NCBI GenBank assembly: GCA_035308305.1
Contig: DATGGV010000022.1
Location: 20,097 to 84,096, forward strand
Length of the DNA stretch: 64,000 nucleotides
From: Candidatus Cybelea sp.
GTDB taxonomy: Bacteria; Vulcanimicrobiota; Vulcanimicrobiia; Vulcanimicrobiales; Vulcanimicrobiaceae
Direction of reading: 5' to 3'
The notes beneath the pieces were generated by a model. The model was given only the letters and a program-made list of their open reading frames with translations, was not told where the DNA came from and searched no databases. Below, piece after piece: positions 9,850-18,199 of the stretch. Numbering within the stretch: the stretch's first letter is position 1; the number at the start of each line of letters is the position of its first letter. A program made the position numbers and the translations under genes.

Positions 9850-10502
9850 GGCGACGGCGACGGCGAGGCGACGGCTCGCCGGCGGAAGCGGAAGTGCAGG
9901 CAGCGGTGCGTCAAGCAATAGTGGGTCGCGTAGCGGCGCGCCCGCCATTCATATCCGTGTACGGCAACGGTAACGCGGTCCCCAAAGACCGTCAGCAGCG
10001 CGCAAATGGGAACGGCGATCGCGCACATCGTCCAGACGTGGACCCAAATCGGTACTCGAAAGGTGGCGGCGGTCGCGGTCGCGACCGTTCCGCCGAATCC
10101 CGGAATTACGCGCACTGCCAGCAAGAAGGCCGGCGAGCCCACGGGGAAGCGCTTCACCCACGCCGGAAGGCGGTGCAGTGAGTCCTGCAGGTTGAAGAGT
10201 TTCGACGCGTGGAGGTTGACCCAATACCCGAGTAACGCGGCGAGAACCAGTCCAACCGTGTCGACGATCGTCCCCTCGATCGGTCCGAAGATGGCGCCGT
10301 TCATGATTGCCAGCGCGTCCGTGACGGAAAATGGCGCCGATGCGACGACCGCAAAGATCGCGATGGCCAGCGGATAGGCAAGCGGCCCGATGATCCGAAT
10401 CTCGTGCTCGACGCGCGGCTGATGGCGAATGACCAAGAACGCCAGCACAAAGGAACCGGCCAGCAAAGCAAGAGCTGCAGCCCGCCGAAGGAGGCGATTC
10501 AA
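9846..10502 (-). CDS. TVP38/TMEM64 (DedA-related, SNARE-associated) family membrane protein
   Basis: 218 aa, multi-TM. 'VTDALAIMNGAIFGPIEGTIVDTVGLVLAALLGYWV' is a typical family core. The start codon is TTG. Confidence 0.7.
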   Translation of the reverse strand: MNRLLRRAAALALLAGSFVLAFLVIRHQPRVEHEIRIIGPLAYPLAIAIFAVVASAPFSVTDALAIMNGAIFGPIEGTIVDTVGLVLAALLGYWVNLHASKLFNLQDSLHRLPAWVKRFPVGSPAFLLAVRVIPGFGGTVATATAATFRVPIWVHVWTMCAIAVPICALLTVFGDRVTVAVHGYEWRARRYATHYCLTHRCLHFRFRRRAVASPSPSP

Positions 10503-10505
10503 GCG

Positions 10506-10910
10506 ATGATCGTACGCACGGTGATCACGGTGCTATGCGGAGTTGGGCTCTACACCTCGCTTTTCATGCTTCGCAAGAGCATCCTCGCCGCGCGGGGAGA
10601 GATTCGCGGGCCTAGCGTCGTCAAATCGCCCCGGGCAAAGCTCTTCGGCGTGCCTAACTCCCTTCTCGGGACGCTCTACTACCCCGCCCTGGCGCTTGCC
10701 GTCTGGGTCGTTCACTCCTCGCTCGCGGCGGCCGTCCTGCTGGTCATGGTCTGCTTTGCTGCGGGGACGTCGGTCGTGCTGGCCTTTTCATTGCTTTTCG
10801 TTACGCGCCGCGAATGCCCGTACTGTTGGACCTCGCACGCCGTGAACTGGTCGCTCCTGCTCCTGTGCGGCTGGTTATTCGTGCCGGACATATTGAGTAG
10901 CGGCATCTGA
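10506..10910 (+). CDS. Vitamin K epoxide reductase (VKOR) family membrane protein
   Basis: Start at ATG 10506 ('MIVRTVITVLCGVGLYTSLF'). About 4 TM segments. Has a loop Cys and 'CPYCWTSHAVNW', the CxxC redox motif in the last helix. Confidence 0.7.
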   Translation: MIVRTVITVLCGVGLYTSLFMLRKSILAARGEIRGPSVVKSPRAKLFGVPNSLLGTLYYPALALAVWVVHSSLAAAVLLVMVCFAAGTSVVLAFSLLFVTRRECPYCWTSHAVNWSLLLLCGWLFVPDILSSGI

Positions 10911-11024
10911 TTTGGTAGAATCGGCCTCTCTGGTCAGGACGGCGTGCACTGTCGCCGAAACCGCCCGAGAGCGAGTACCGGCTGCGCAGCTTCAGTTCTG
11001 TGCCCCGGCGAACGGCAGTACTTC

Positions 11025-11058
11025 GGGGCTGCGCGAGTGCGCAGCCCCTCTGCTTTTC
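11025..11058 (+). terminator. Rho-independent terminator (10-bp GC stem, GAGT loop, U-rich tail)
   Basis: ggggctgcgc-gagt-gcgcagcccc followed by tctgcttttc. It lies 115 nt after the VKOR stop. Confidence 0.55.
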
Positions 11059-11096
11059 GCCTCGGACCGGCCGATCCAAAACGAAAAGAAGCGTTC

Positions 11097-11531
11097 TTAA
11101 AGCTTGCTGACTTCGGCGATCATGGCGCGGTAGGTTGGGTCTTGGGTGACCCTGCCGGCGAACCAGGCTTCCAAGATTTCGCCGGCCACGGCCGGCGAGG
11201 TGGCGCGAATGCTGAAGCAGAGGACGTTGGCGTCGTTCCACTCGCGGGCACCCCGAGCGGTTGCGGCGTCTCCGCAGAGCGCCGCGCGTACGCCCGGTAC
11301 CTTATTGGCCGCAATGCTCACGCCCGTGCCCGTCCAACAGCAGAGAACCCCGAAGTCGGCCTCGCCTTGCGCGACCGCTGCGCCGACGCTTCGCCCGACC
11401 GACGGCCAGGCGTCGTCCGCTTCGGCCGACAGGGCGCCAAAACACCGGACGGCATGATCGTGCTCCCGCAGCCACCGGTCGATCGCCTCGGGAAGCTCCC
11501 CCGCCATGTCGCTGCCCAGTGCTATTTGCAT
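11097..11531 (-). CDS. rpiB: Ribose-5-phosphate isomerase B (RpiB/LacA/LacB family)
   Basis: Start at ATG 11531 ('MQIALGSDMAGE...'). 'GVLCCWTGTGVSIAANKVPGVRAALC' is the family signature with the catalytic Cys. Confidence 0.85.
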   Translation of the reverse strand: MQIALGSDMAGELPEAIDRWLREHDHAVRCFGALSAEADDAWPSVGRSVGAAVAQGEADFGVLCCWTGTGVSIAANKVPGVRAALCGDAATARGAREWNDANVLCFSIRATSPAVAGEILEAWFAGRVTQDPTYRAMIAEVSKL

Positions 11532-11552
11532 CGGGGAGGTTTTCGCCACGGC

Positions 11553-12368
11553 GTGACAGGACGCTACCGCTTCGTGAGCGATGTGCGCTTGGCGGCGACG
11601 GTCATTCTCGTTCGTTCGCCGCTGGAGGTCTATCTGACGCGCCGCAGCGCCGGCAGCGCGTTCGCGCCCGATGCCTTCGTCTTTCCAGGCGGGACGATCG
11701 AGGCGCAAGATGCCACACCCGCGGCGCAGGCCCGAACCATCGGGCTGGAGCCAGATCGCCTCAAAAAAGAGTTTCGGGCTTCGATTTCACCCGCTTTGGC
11801 CAGTAGCGAGCCGGCCGTCGATGAGGCCGACGCTCGGAGCCTGCTCGTGGCCGCGCTTCGCGAACTGTTCGAAGAGGCCGGCGTTTTGCTCGCATCCGAT
11901 CCCTCGCAGCGGCCGGTGGCGGCGGCAGACTGGGAGCAGTTGGCGGCGGAGCGCGTCGCCGTCCGCAAAGGCAGCCTGACATTCGCGAATTTCTTGACCG
12001 CTCACGATTGGTACGCCGACGCGCGCGCTTTGACGCTTTTTTCGCATTGGATTACCCCGCCCAGCGAGCCGCGCCGCTATAACACCCACTTCTTCTTCGC
12101 AGTCGCTCCACCAAATCAAGCGGCCCGCGCCGACGCCTACGAGACCCACGACGGGATCTGGCTCGCTCCGCTGCGAGCCCTCGAACTCTATCGGGAGGGA
12201 ACGCTGCACCTCGTCTATCCCACGATCAAACATCTCGAGCGGCTCTCTTCGTTCGCGTCCGTCGACGACGCGCTGCACTACGCTCGTACGAAACCCGTTT
12301 TGACGATCATGCCGGCGGCCAATGCCGACGACTTCGCAATCCCGCCGGCGCTAGAAAACGCATGGTAA
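11553..12368 (+). CDS. NUDIX-family hydrolase
   Basis: Only the 3' two-thirds of the 474-aa ORF is credible. It contains 'FVFPGGTIE...AALRELFEEAGVLL', a Nudix box with an insert. The start is uncertain, with GTG candidates at 11553, 11574 and 11583. Confidence 0.65.
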   Translation: MTGRYRFVSDVRLAATVILVRSPLEVYLTRRSAGSAFAPDAFVFPGGTIEAQDATPAAQARTIGLEPDRLKKEFRASISPALASSEPAVDEADARSLLVAALRELFEEAGVLLASDPSQRPVAAADWEQLAAERVAVRKGSLTFANFLTAHDWYADARALTLFSHWITPPSEPRRYNTHFFFAVAPPNQAARADAYETHDGIWLAPLRALELYREGTLHLVYPTIKHLERLSSFASVDDALHYARTKPVLTIMPAANADDFAIPPALENAW

Positions 12369-13273
12369 CGCTCGTCCGCGCACCCAATCCCTCGCCGATG
12401 ACCCTAACCGGTACGAACTCGTACGTGCTCGACTGCGGCGACGGGACGGCGCTCGTGATCGATCCGGGTCCGGTAATCGATCGTCACATCGGCGCGTTGA
12501 TCGAGACCGCTTCCGCGCAAAATTTAAAGATCGCCCGCATCGCCTTGACGCACGGCCATCCCGATCACGCATTGGCCGCTCCCGCGCTCGCGGCCGCGAC
12601 CGGCGCGTCCATCTACGCGCACCCCCGCAGCAGCATCGCTCGCGACTTCGACCTTCCGCTGGAAGCCGAATTCGCCGCCGGTTCGCTCGCGCTGCAAATC
12701 ATCGATGCACCCGGCCACACCTTCGATCACGTCATCTTCTACCTGCCGGCGGAGCGCGCACTCTTTACCGGCGACACGATTCTCGGCGAGGGGACGACGG
12801 TGATCGCGCCGCCGGGCGGCGCGATGCGCCCATATCAGCACACGTTGCAGCGGCTCGCCGCCGAGTTCGCCGATGCCCGAACGATCTACGGCGGACATGG
12901 CCCGGTCGTCGACGACCCGCAGCCAAAGATCGCCGACTATATCGCGCATCGCGCAATGCGCGAAGAGCAGATCGTTGCCGCCCTGCGCGACGGAGCCCGG
13001 ACGATCCCCGACCTCGTGCGAAAGATTTATTCACCGCAGCGGCACGCGCTCTGGGCGGCGATGGCGCGGCAGATCCTCGCCCATCTCCTCGCCCTGCAGG
13101 CGGAGGGTCGCGTGGTCGCACGTGCCCGCAAGCAGGGCTTGAGCCCCGAAGAGTACGCGATGCTCAATCCGGACCTCGAGGCAATCGTCGGCCCCGGCGA
13201 AGCGACCGCGTTAGCCGCGGAAATCGGCGCGGAGATGCGTTTAGAAAGCCTCGACGAATATACGCTGGCATGA
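12362..13273 (+). CDS. MBL-fold metallo-hydrolase
   Basis: 303 aa. 'LTHGHPDH' is the HxHxDH motif, followed by 'DAPGHTFDH' and 'FTGDT'. It overlaps the NUDIX stop by 7 nt. Confidence 0.85.
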   Translation: MVTLVRAPNPSPMTLTGTNSYVLDCGDGTALVIDPGPVIDRHIGALIETASAQNLKIARIALTHGHPDHALAAPALAAATGASIYAHPRSSIARDFDLPLEAEFAAGSLALQIIDAPGHTFDHVIFYLPAERALFTGDTILGEGTTVIAPPGGAMRPYQHTLQRLAAEFADARTIYGGHGPVVDDPQPKIADYIAHRAMREEQIVAALRDGARTIPDLVRKIYSPQRHALWAAMARQILAHLLALQAEGRVVARARKQGLSPEEYAMLNPDLEAIVGPGEATALAAEIGAEMRLESLDEYTLA

Positions 13274-13878
13274 ACCGATTTGCCCGTCGATTTCTTCTAG
13301 CGGCGGCTGCGCTTGCGTTGGCATCGTGCGACCGTTCCGGAAACCCGGCGCTTCCGACCGTGGTGAACGAAGCGCACAACGCGTCGTGCTACGTAGTCAA
13401 ACAAGATCCCACGACCGTGCAAGCAACGATCACGTTCTACGGTTGGCCGGATAACTCGCCGCCCGGAAATAAGATCGCTCATGGGATCATCCACAAGCGC
13501 GCGGGCGGCGACGGTACGTACTGCAATCCGACGACCTTTGCAACCGAAAAGAAGAACGACGAAACGATTCCCTACGGCATCAAAATCTACGTGCCGTTCA
13601 TCAAACAATACTTCATTCGCGAAGATCTCTGCGCCGCGTCGGGGCCTCACAAAGGCAGCGGCAGCAACGGCTGCAAGGGGCTGTGGTTCGACCTATGGAT
13701 CGGCGGAACGGGAAAATCCAAGCCGCACGAGGTGATCAAGTGCGAACGCCAGCTCACGCCCAATAGTAAGGTCGACGTTATTCTCTATCCGAAGGGCGGC
13801 ATGCCGGTGGCCTATCCGGGACCGATTTATCAAAACTCTCCCCCGCCCGACGGCACGTGCGACGGCAAACAGCTCTGA
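13270..13878 (+). CDS. Lipoprotein of unknown function (Cys-rich, 'TFYGWPDNSPPG' motif)
   Basis: 202 aa. Lipobox 'ALALASC|D'. ATGA overlap with the MBL gene. No family confidently recognised; a double-psi-barrel/barwin-like fold is only a guess. Confidence 0.55.
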   Translation: MNRFARRFLLAAAALALASCDRSGNPALPTVVNEAHNASCYVVKQDPTTVQATITFYGWPDNSPPGNKIAHGIIHKRAGGDGTYCNPTTFATEKKNDETIPYGIKIYVPFIKQYFIREDLCAASGPHKGSGSNGCKGLWFDLWIGGTGKSKPHEVIKCERQLTPNSKVDVILYPKGGMPVAYPGPIYQNSPPPDGTCDGKQL

Positions 13879-13883
13879 TCGAC

Positions 13884-14897
13884 TTAGCCTATTCTTAGGA
13901 CGACCTTGCCGAACTGATCGGCATTCGCAACGCGCTCCATCGCCTTTACGGCATCGTGCAGCGGGAAGGCACGATCGACGACCGGCCGCAGACCTTTTCC
14001 GAAGAGGTCGAGCATCGCCGCGAAATCTTGCGGGCTGCCCATCGACGTTCCCAAAATCGTTACGTGTTTCCAGAAGAGCGGAAAGAGTTTGATCGTCGCG
14101 TCGCCGTTCGTGCCGCCGTAAATCGCGATGCGGCCGCCGGGACGAACGAGATCGAGCGCCTTGCGCAACGTTTCACCGCCCGAGGAATCCACGACCAGAT
14201 CGATCGGCCCGGCCGCGCGTAGGCTTTTGGCCCAGTCCGGCGTCGTTTTATAGTTGATCGCGAGATCGGCGCCGAGCGCTTTCGCGCGCTCGAGTTTCTC
14301 GTCGCTGCTCGAGGTCACGATCGCGCGCGCGCCGGCCTGCTTGGCAAAGAGCAAAACGAAGGTCTGCACGCCGCCGCCCACGCCGGTGATAAGGACCGTC
14401 TCCCCGCGCGCTAACGCGCCGCGCGTAAAGACGGCGCGGTATGCCGTGAGCCCGGCAAGCGGGATTGCGGCGGCCTCCTCCATCGAAAGCGCCTCCGGCT
14501 TGCGATAGACGTTCTCCGCGGGGACCACGACGTATTGCGAAAACGTCCCGTCGCGCGGCATTCCGAGAATGTTCGCCGCCGCCGGATCCCAAACGCGCGA
14601 GTCGCCGCCCCAACCAAGCATCGGATCGATGACGACTTCGTCGCCCACCGCACCCGCGAAGCCCTGGGAACCGATTGCGGCAACCTCTCCGGCACCGTCC
14701 GAGCCGAGCGTCACCGGCATCCGGATGTTCGGATAGAGTCCCTGTGTGATGAAAACGTCTCGATGATTGAGCGCCGCGGCGCGCAATCGGACCAAGACTT
14801 CGCCTTCGCCGGCCTCCGGGATCGGAGTTCGGTCGCTGCGCAGGCTCTGCGGCCCGCTTGTTTCGTGCAGCCGCACCGCTTCCATGTCCGCCATCAT
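13884..14897 (-). CDS. Zinc-type alcohol dehydrogenase / quinone oxidoreductase (MDR superfamily)
   Basis: 337 aa. 'VLVRLRAAALNHRDV' and 'GETVLITGVGGGVQTFVLLFAKQAGARAI' (Rossmann GxGxxG region). Confidence 0.85.
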   Translation of the reverse strand: MMADMEAVRLHETSGPQSLRSDRTPIPEAGEGEVLVRLRAAALNHRDVFITQGLYPNIRMPVTLGSDGAGEVAAIGSQGFAGAVGDEVVIDPMLGWGGDSRVWDPAAANILGMPRDGTFSQYVVVPAENVYRKPEALSMEEAAAIPLAGLTAYRAVFTRGALARGETVLITGVGGGVQTFVLLFAKQAGARAIVTSSSDEKLERAKALGADLAINYKTTPDWAKSLRAAGPIDLVVDSSGGETLRKALDLVRPGGRIAIYGGTNGDATIKLFPLFWKHVTILGTSMGSPQDFAAMLDLFGKGLRPVVDRAFPLHDAVKAMERVANADQFGKVVLRIG

Positions 14898-14966
14898 TTG
14901 CCGCTGACCCGGTTCGTCCGTGGAGACGCCAGGCCTTCCGGCGCGACGCGACGTAGAGACGAGGTG

Positions 14967-15221
14967 ATGAATAAACGAGCGCGCGTGCTGCGCGCAATCC
15001 TTCGCGGTTTCGCGCGCGTGCAGCGAACGTTCACGATCGAGGCCGGACCAGTACGCGCTACCGGCGTTCCCGCCATCCTGCTCGGCGTCACCGGAATCAT
15101 TTTGGCCAGCGGGGTTACGGCCGCGCTTGCCAAGGGAGCGAGTCGTCTTCCCGAGACTCTCGGCGAAGCGCGCAACTTGGCCGACGCGCTCAATGCGGGC
15201 TCGCCACGCTTGAAGTCGTGA
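14967..15221 (+). CDS. Small hypothetical membrane protein (84 aa)
   Basis: 'MNKRARVLRAILRGF...' with one hydrophobic helix, 'GVPAILLGVTGIILASGVTAALA'. Its stop forms a GTGA overlap with the BolA start, which argues it is translated. Confidence 0.4.
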   Translation: MNKRARVLRAILRGFARVQRTFTIEAGPVRATGVPAILLGVTGIILASGVTAALAKGASRLPETLGEARNLADALNAGSPRLKS

Positions 15222-15454
15222 TCGACGACGACGCGTTGACAGGCCTCATCGTCGACCGACTGCCCGATGCACAGGTGAGCATCCACGACCGAACCGGCAC
15301 GATGGACCATTTCAATGTGACCGTTCGCTCGCAGGCATTCAAGGGCAAGACCCTGATCGAGCAACATCAGCTCGTCTACCGCGCGCTAAAAGGCGCGCTT
15401 GCCGACGGGCGCGTTCACGCCGTCGAACTTACTACCATCATTACCGAAAGCTAA
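15218..15454 (+). CDS. BolA family protein
   Basis: 78 aa. 'DRTGTMDHFNVTVRSQAFKGKTLIEQHQLVYRAL...VHAVEL' is typical BolA. The start codon is GTG. Confidence 0.85.
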   Translation: MIDDDALTGLIVDRLPDAQVSIHDRTGTMDHFNVTVRSQAFKGKTLIEQHQLVYRALKGALADGRVHAVELTTIITES

Positions 15455-15463
15455 GGAAGCATC

Positions 15464-15823
15464 ATGCCCGAAGATTTGAAGGAAGAGATCGCGCGCGAAG
15501 TCGCAAGCACCCGAATCGTAGTCTACGGTAAGGGGACGAAAATGGCGCCGCGTTGCGGCTTCACGCTCGAGACCGTCGAATTTTTTAACGCGCTCGGCTA
15601 TCCGTTCGAAGTGATCGACGTTTTAGAGAATATGCCCAAACGCGAAGCGCTTTCGGAAATAACGGACTGGCCTACGCTGCCGAAGGTCTTCATCAACGGA
15701 AAGTTTTTCGGAGATACCGATATTCTCGAACCGATGGCAGCCAGCGGCGAGTTGAAGACGACGCTCGAGGAAGCCTTCGGCGGGGCGCCTGCCGCACCTA
15801 AAGCCACGATCAATCTGCGTTAA
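15464..15823 (+). CDS. grxD: Grx4-type monothiol glutaredoxin
   Basis: 119 aa. 'VVYGKGTKMAPRCGFT' is the CGF(S/T) monothiol site, followed by 'WPTLPKVFINGKFFGDTDIL'. Confidence 0.85.
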   Translation: MPEDLKEEIAREVASTRIVVYGKGTKMAPRCGFTLETVEFFNALGYPFEVIDVLENMPKREALSEITDWPTLPKVFINGKFFGDTDILEPMAASGELKTTLEEAFGGAPAAPKATINLR

Positions 15824-15841
15824 GCGTCCGCAGCATTCGCA

Positions 15842-16684
15842 TTGTTTACGACGATTATCTCACCTGAGGCGCTGCGCGACCGGTTAGGCAGCTCCGATCT
15901 CGTCGTTCTCGATTGCCGGCACTCGTTAGCCGATTTTGATCTCGGCCGGCGGCTCTACGACGAGTCGCATATACCGGGTGCCTTCTTCGCTGGAGTCGAG
16001 GAAGATTTGGCCGGCCCCAAAACCGGGACGAACGGGCGCCATCCGCTGCCCGACCCGCAAATGTTTGCGCGTTTCTTGCGCGCTTGCGGCGTGGACGACG
16101 CGACGCAGATCGTCGCCTACGACGCAGGCGCCGATATGTTTGCCGCCCGGCTCTGGTTTCTCTGCCGATGGATCGGTCACGACGCGACCGCCGTCCTCGA
16201 CGGCGGCTTTGCCGCCTGGAATGCGAAGGGATTTCCCGTAACGGCCACGCGAACGCAGGCCGCGCGTGAAGGCCGGCTCGCCGTTGCATTGCAGCCGGAG
16301 CTCGTCGTCGGCGCCGACTTCGTCCATCGGAATCTCAATAGCGAAACGATGCATCTGCTCGACGCGCGCGCCTTGGAGCGCTATTCGGGCGAAACCGAAC
16401 CGATCGATCCGGTCGGCGGCCATATTCCCGGCGCGAAGCAGCGCTGGTTCAAAGAGAACTTCGAAGCCGACGGTCGATTGAAATCACCCGAACGTCTGCG
16501 CGAAGAATTCGCGGCCAGCGGGCTTGATTCCAAACGTACGGTGCATCAGTGCGGTTCCGGCGTTTCGTCGGCCGTCAATCAGCTCGCCATGGCCCACGCC
16601 GGCCTCGAAGGTTCGCGGATTTACAACGGATCGTGGAGCGAATGGGTCTCCGATCCCGCGCGACCCGTCGCTAAGGGCGTTTGA
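15842..16684 (+). CDS. sseA: Tandem-rhodanese sulfurtransferase (3-mercaptopyruvate/thiosulfate type)
   Basis: 280 aa with a TTG start. Two rhodanese domains. The active-site loop is 'HQCGSGVSS', followed by 'YNGSWSEW'. Confidence 0.85.
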   Translation: MFTTIISPEALRDRLGSSDLVVLDCRHSLADFDLGRRLYDESHIPGAFFAGVEEDLAGPKTGTNGRHPLPDPQMFARFLRACGVDDATQIVAYDAGADMFAARLWFLCRWIGHDATAVLDGGFAAWNAKGFPVTATRTQAAREGRLAVALQPELVVGADFVHRNLNSETMHLLDARALERYSGETEPIDPVGGHIPGAKQRWFKENFEADGRLKSPERLREEFAASGLDSKRTVHQCGSGVSSAVNQLAMAHAGLEGSRIYNGSWSEWVSDPARPVAKGV

Positions 16685-17177
16685 CCGGCGGCGGGACCGC
16701 AAAAGGTTTGGCGATCGTCCCGGCCGGCGAGGCTTGCAGGCGCGCGAGTTCTTCGGGTGTCGGCGTTTGTGGAAAATCGCGGCAGCTGTCGACGAAGCAA
16801 TAGAAGCCAAACGGCGCGTCGCCGCGATTGACGAACTGATGCAAGACCAGCGGGCCGACGTACACGACGTCGTTGGGTGCTAGCTCGCTAACGTCGTCGC
16901 CGACGACGGCATAGCCGAGGCCGGTGCGAACGACGACGTAGTGCTCGTGCTCGTGCTTCTCCAGTCGCGACGCGGCGCCGGGCTGGACCTCGAAATAGCG
17001 CAGTTCCATCTTCGGCCCCGGCTCGCTGGGGTCGTCTTTCCGGCTTCCCACGATGGTATGGCGAGCGACGCCGGTGCCGGGCGCATTCGGAGCGTAGCCG
17101 GCGGGCTCGACGCCCTCCCAACCGTGCTGCGAGGCGCGAACGATTCGTTGCTGCATGGCCGCCTCACGATACCACAT
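16671..17177 (-). CDS. Cupin domain protein
   Basis: 'LEKHEHEHYVVVRTGLGYAVVGDD...VYVGPLVLHQFVN' is a cupin_2 core. Start placed at ATG 17177; the ORF-track start 17225 is a TTG abutting the divergent gene. Confidence 0.65.
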   Translation of the reverse strand: MWYREAAMQQRIVRASQHGWEGVEPAGYAPNAPGTGVARHTIVGSRKDDPSEPGPKMELRYFEVQPGAASRLEKHEHEHYVVVRTGLGYAVVGDDVSELAPNDVVYVGPLVLHQFVNRGDAPFGFYCFVDSCRDFPQTPTPEELARLQASPAGTIAKPFAVPPPVKRP

Positions 17178-17224
17178 CGGGCACTCCGCAGCCAGGGCAT
17201 GAGGCGCGCTCCGCGAACTGCGCA

Positions 17225-18199
17225 ATGATGTTTAGGCTCATCCATGCGTTGCGCTACGCAGCGTGCCTTGGCGTGCTTACCGCCGCGCTCACCAACTGCG
17301 CGGGACTTCCGCCCGGCACGAGCCCGGTTGCACCGCTGGACAAGGCGCTTCTCGCGCACAGCGCCGGATCGCAAACCGACCTTCTCTACGCCGGCGCCGA
17401 GCAGCGAATTCTCGTTTTCACGTATCCCGGCGGCACCTTCGTCGACACGTTCAAGACGCCGTTCTTGATTCAGGCGATGTGTTCGGACGCTAAAGGCGAT
17501 GTCTTTATCCCAGCCGAGGTCAAGAGTAAATCGGGAGCCGACACCGGGTACGTCTACGAATACGCGCATGGAGGTAAATCGCCGGTTACGACGCTCGACG
17601 TTCCGAGCCACCAGATTCCGGTGAACTGCTCGAGCGATCCGACGACGGGCAACCTAGCGGTCACGAGCTACGACGTTCGCGACTACGCTCCCTTGGTCGA
17701 AATTTACAGCGGCGGCAGCGGCAACCCCACGCTCTTTCATAGCAAGGTGCTGGGCGCGAATCCGCAGCCCGCCTACGATGCCGGCGGCAACCTTCTCGCG
17801 ATCAGCGGCGGGAACGTAGCCGCCCTGCTTCCGACAGGCGCGCAAAACTTCAAGAAGATCACGCTGAGCAAGACGATCGGCAACGTCGCGCACGCTCAAT
17901 GGGACGGCAAGTATTTCGCCTTGCAATCGTACGCGCCGACGAAGTACGGCGGTGAAGACGTTCGCGTGAACTATTTTCGCGTGCGTATTTCGGGCGCCGC
18001 CGGAACGATCGTCGGCATCAGCCGCTTTGTCGGCTGGCTCCAGAAAACCGCCGGTCAATCGTGGATACAGAGCGACACGCTCGTCGCGACGCCCGAAACC
18101 ACGATCAAGTTTTGGAACTATCCCGCCGGCCTGAAGGCCTTCAAGGTTTTGCATCCCACCGATTCGACCCAGGCGGTAACCGTCAGCATCGCTCGGTAA
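17225..18199 (+). CDS. Hypothetical lipoprotein (beta-rich)
   Basis: 324 aa. Lipobox 'LTAALTNC|AG'. No recognisable catalytic motif. Confidence 0.55.
   Translation: MMFRLIHALRYAACLGVLTAALTNCAGLPPGTSPVAPLDKALLAHSAGSQTDLLYAGAEQRILVFTYPGGTFVDTFKTPFLIQAMCSDAKGDVFIPAEVKSKSGADTGYVYEYAHGGKSPVTTLDVPSHQIPVNCSSDPTTGNLAVTSYDVRDYAPLVEIYSGGSGNPTLFHSKVLGANPQPAYDAGGNLLAISGGNVAALLPTGAQNFKKITLSKTIGNVAHAQWDGKYFALQSYAPTKYGGEDVRVNYFRVRISGAAGTIVGISRFVGWLQKTAGQSWIQSDTLVATPETTIKFWNYPAGLKAFKVLHPTDSTQAVTVSIAR

Noticed and set aside
10930-10938. 'ctggtcagg', which is reminiscent of the SRP (4.5S) RNA helix-8 region.
   Set aside because: The remainder of the conserved SRP motif (…GGUCCGGAAGGAAGCAGCC…) is absent. The region is kept only as a generic structured non-coding candidate.
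10944-11552. The N-terminal 200 codons of the 474-aa ORF, plus the 62-aa ORF at 10912-11100.
   Set aside because: This part runs through a strong intrinsic terminator and is antisense to rpiB. Only the portion from about 11553 has NUDIX motifs.
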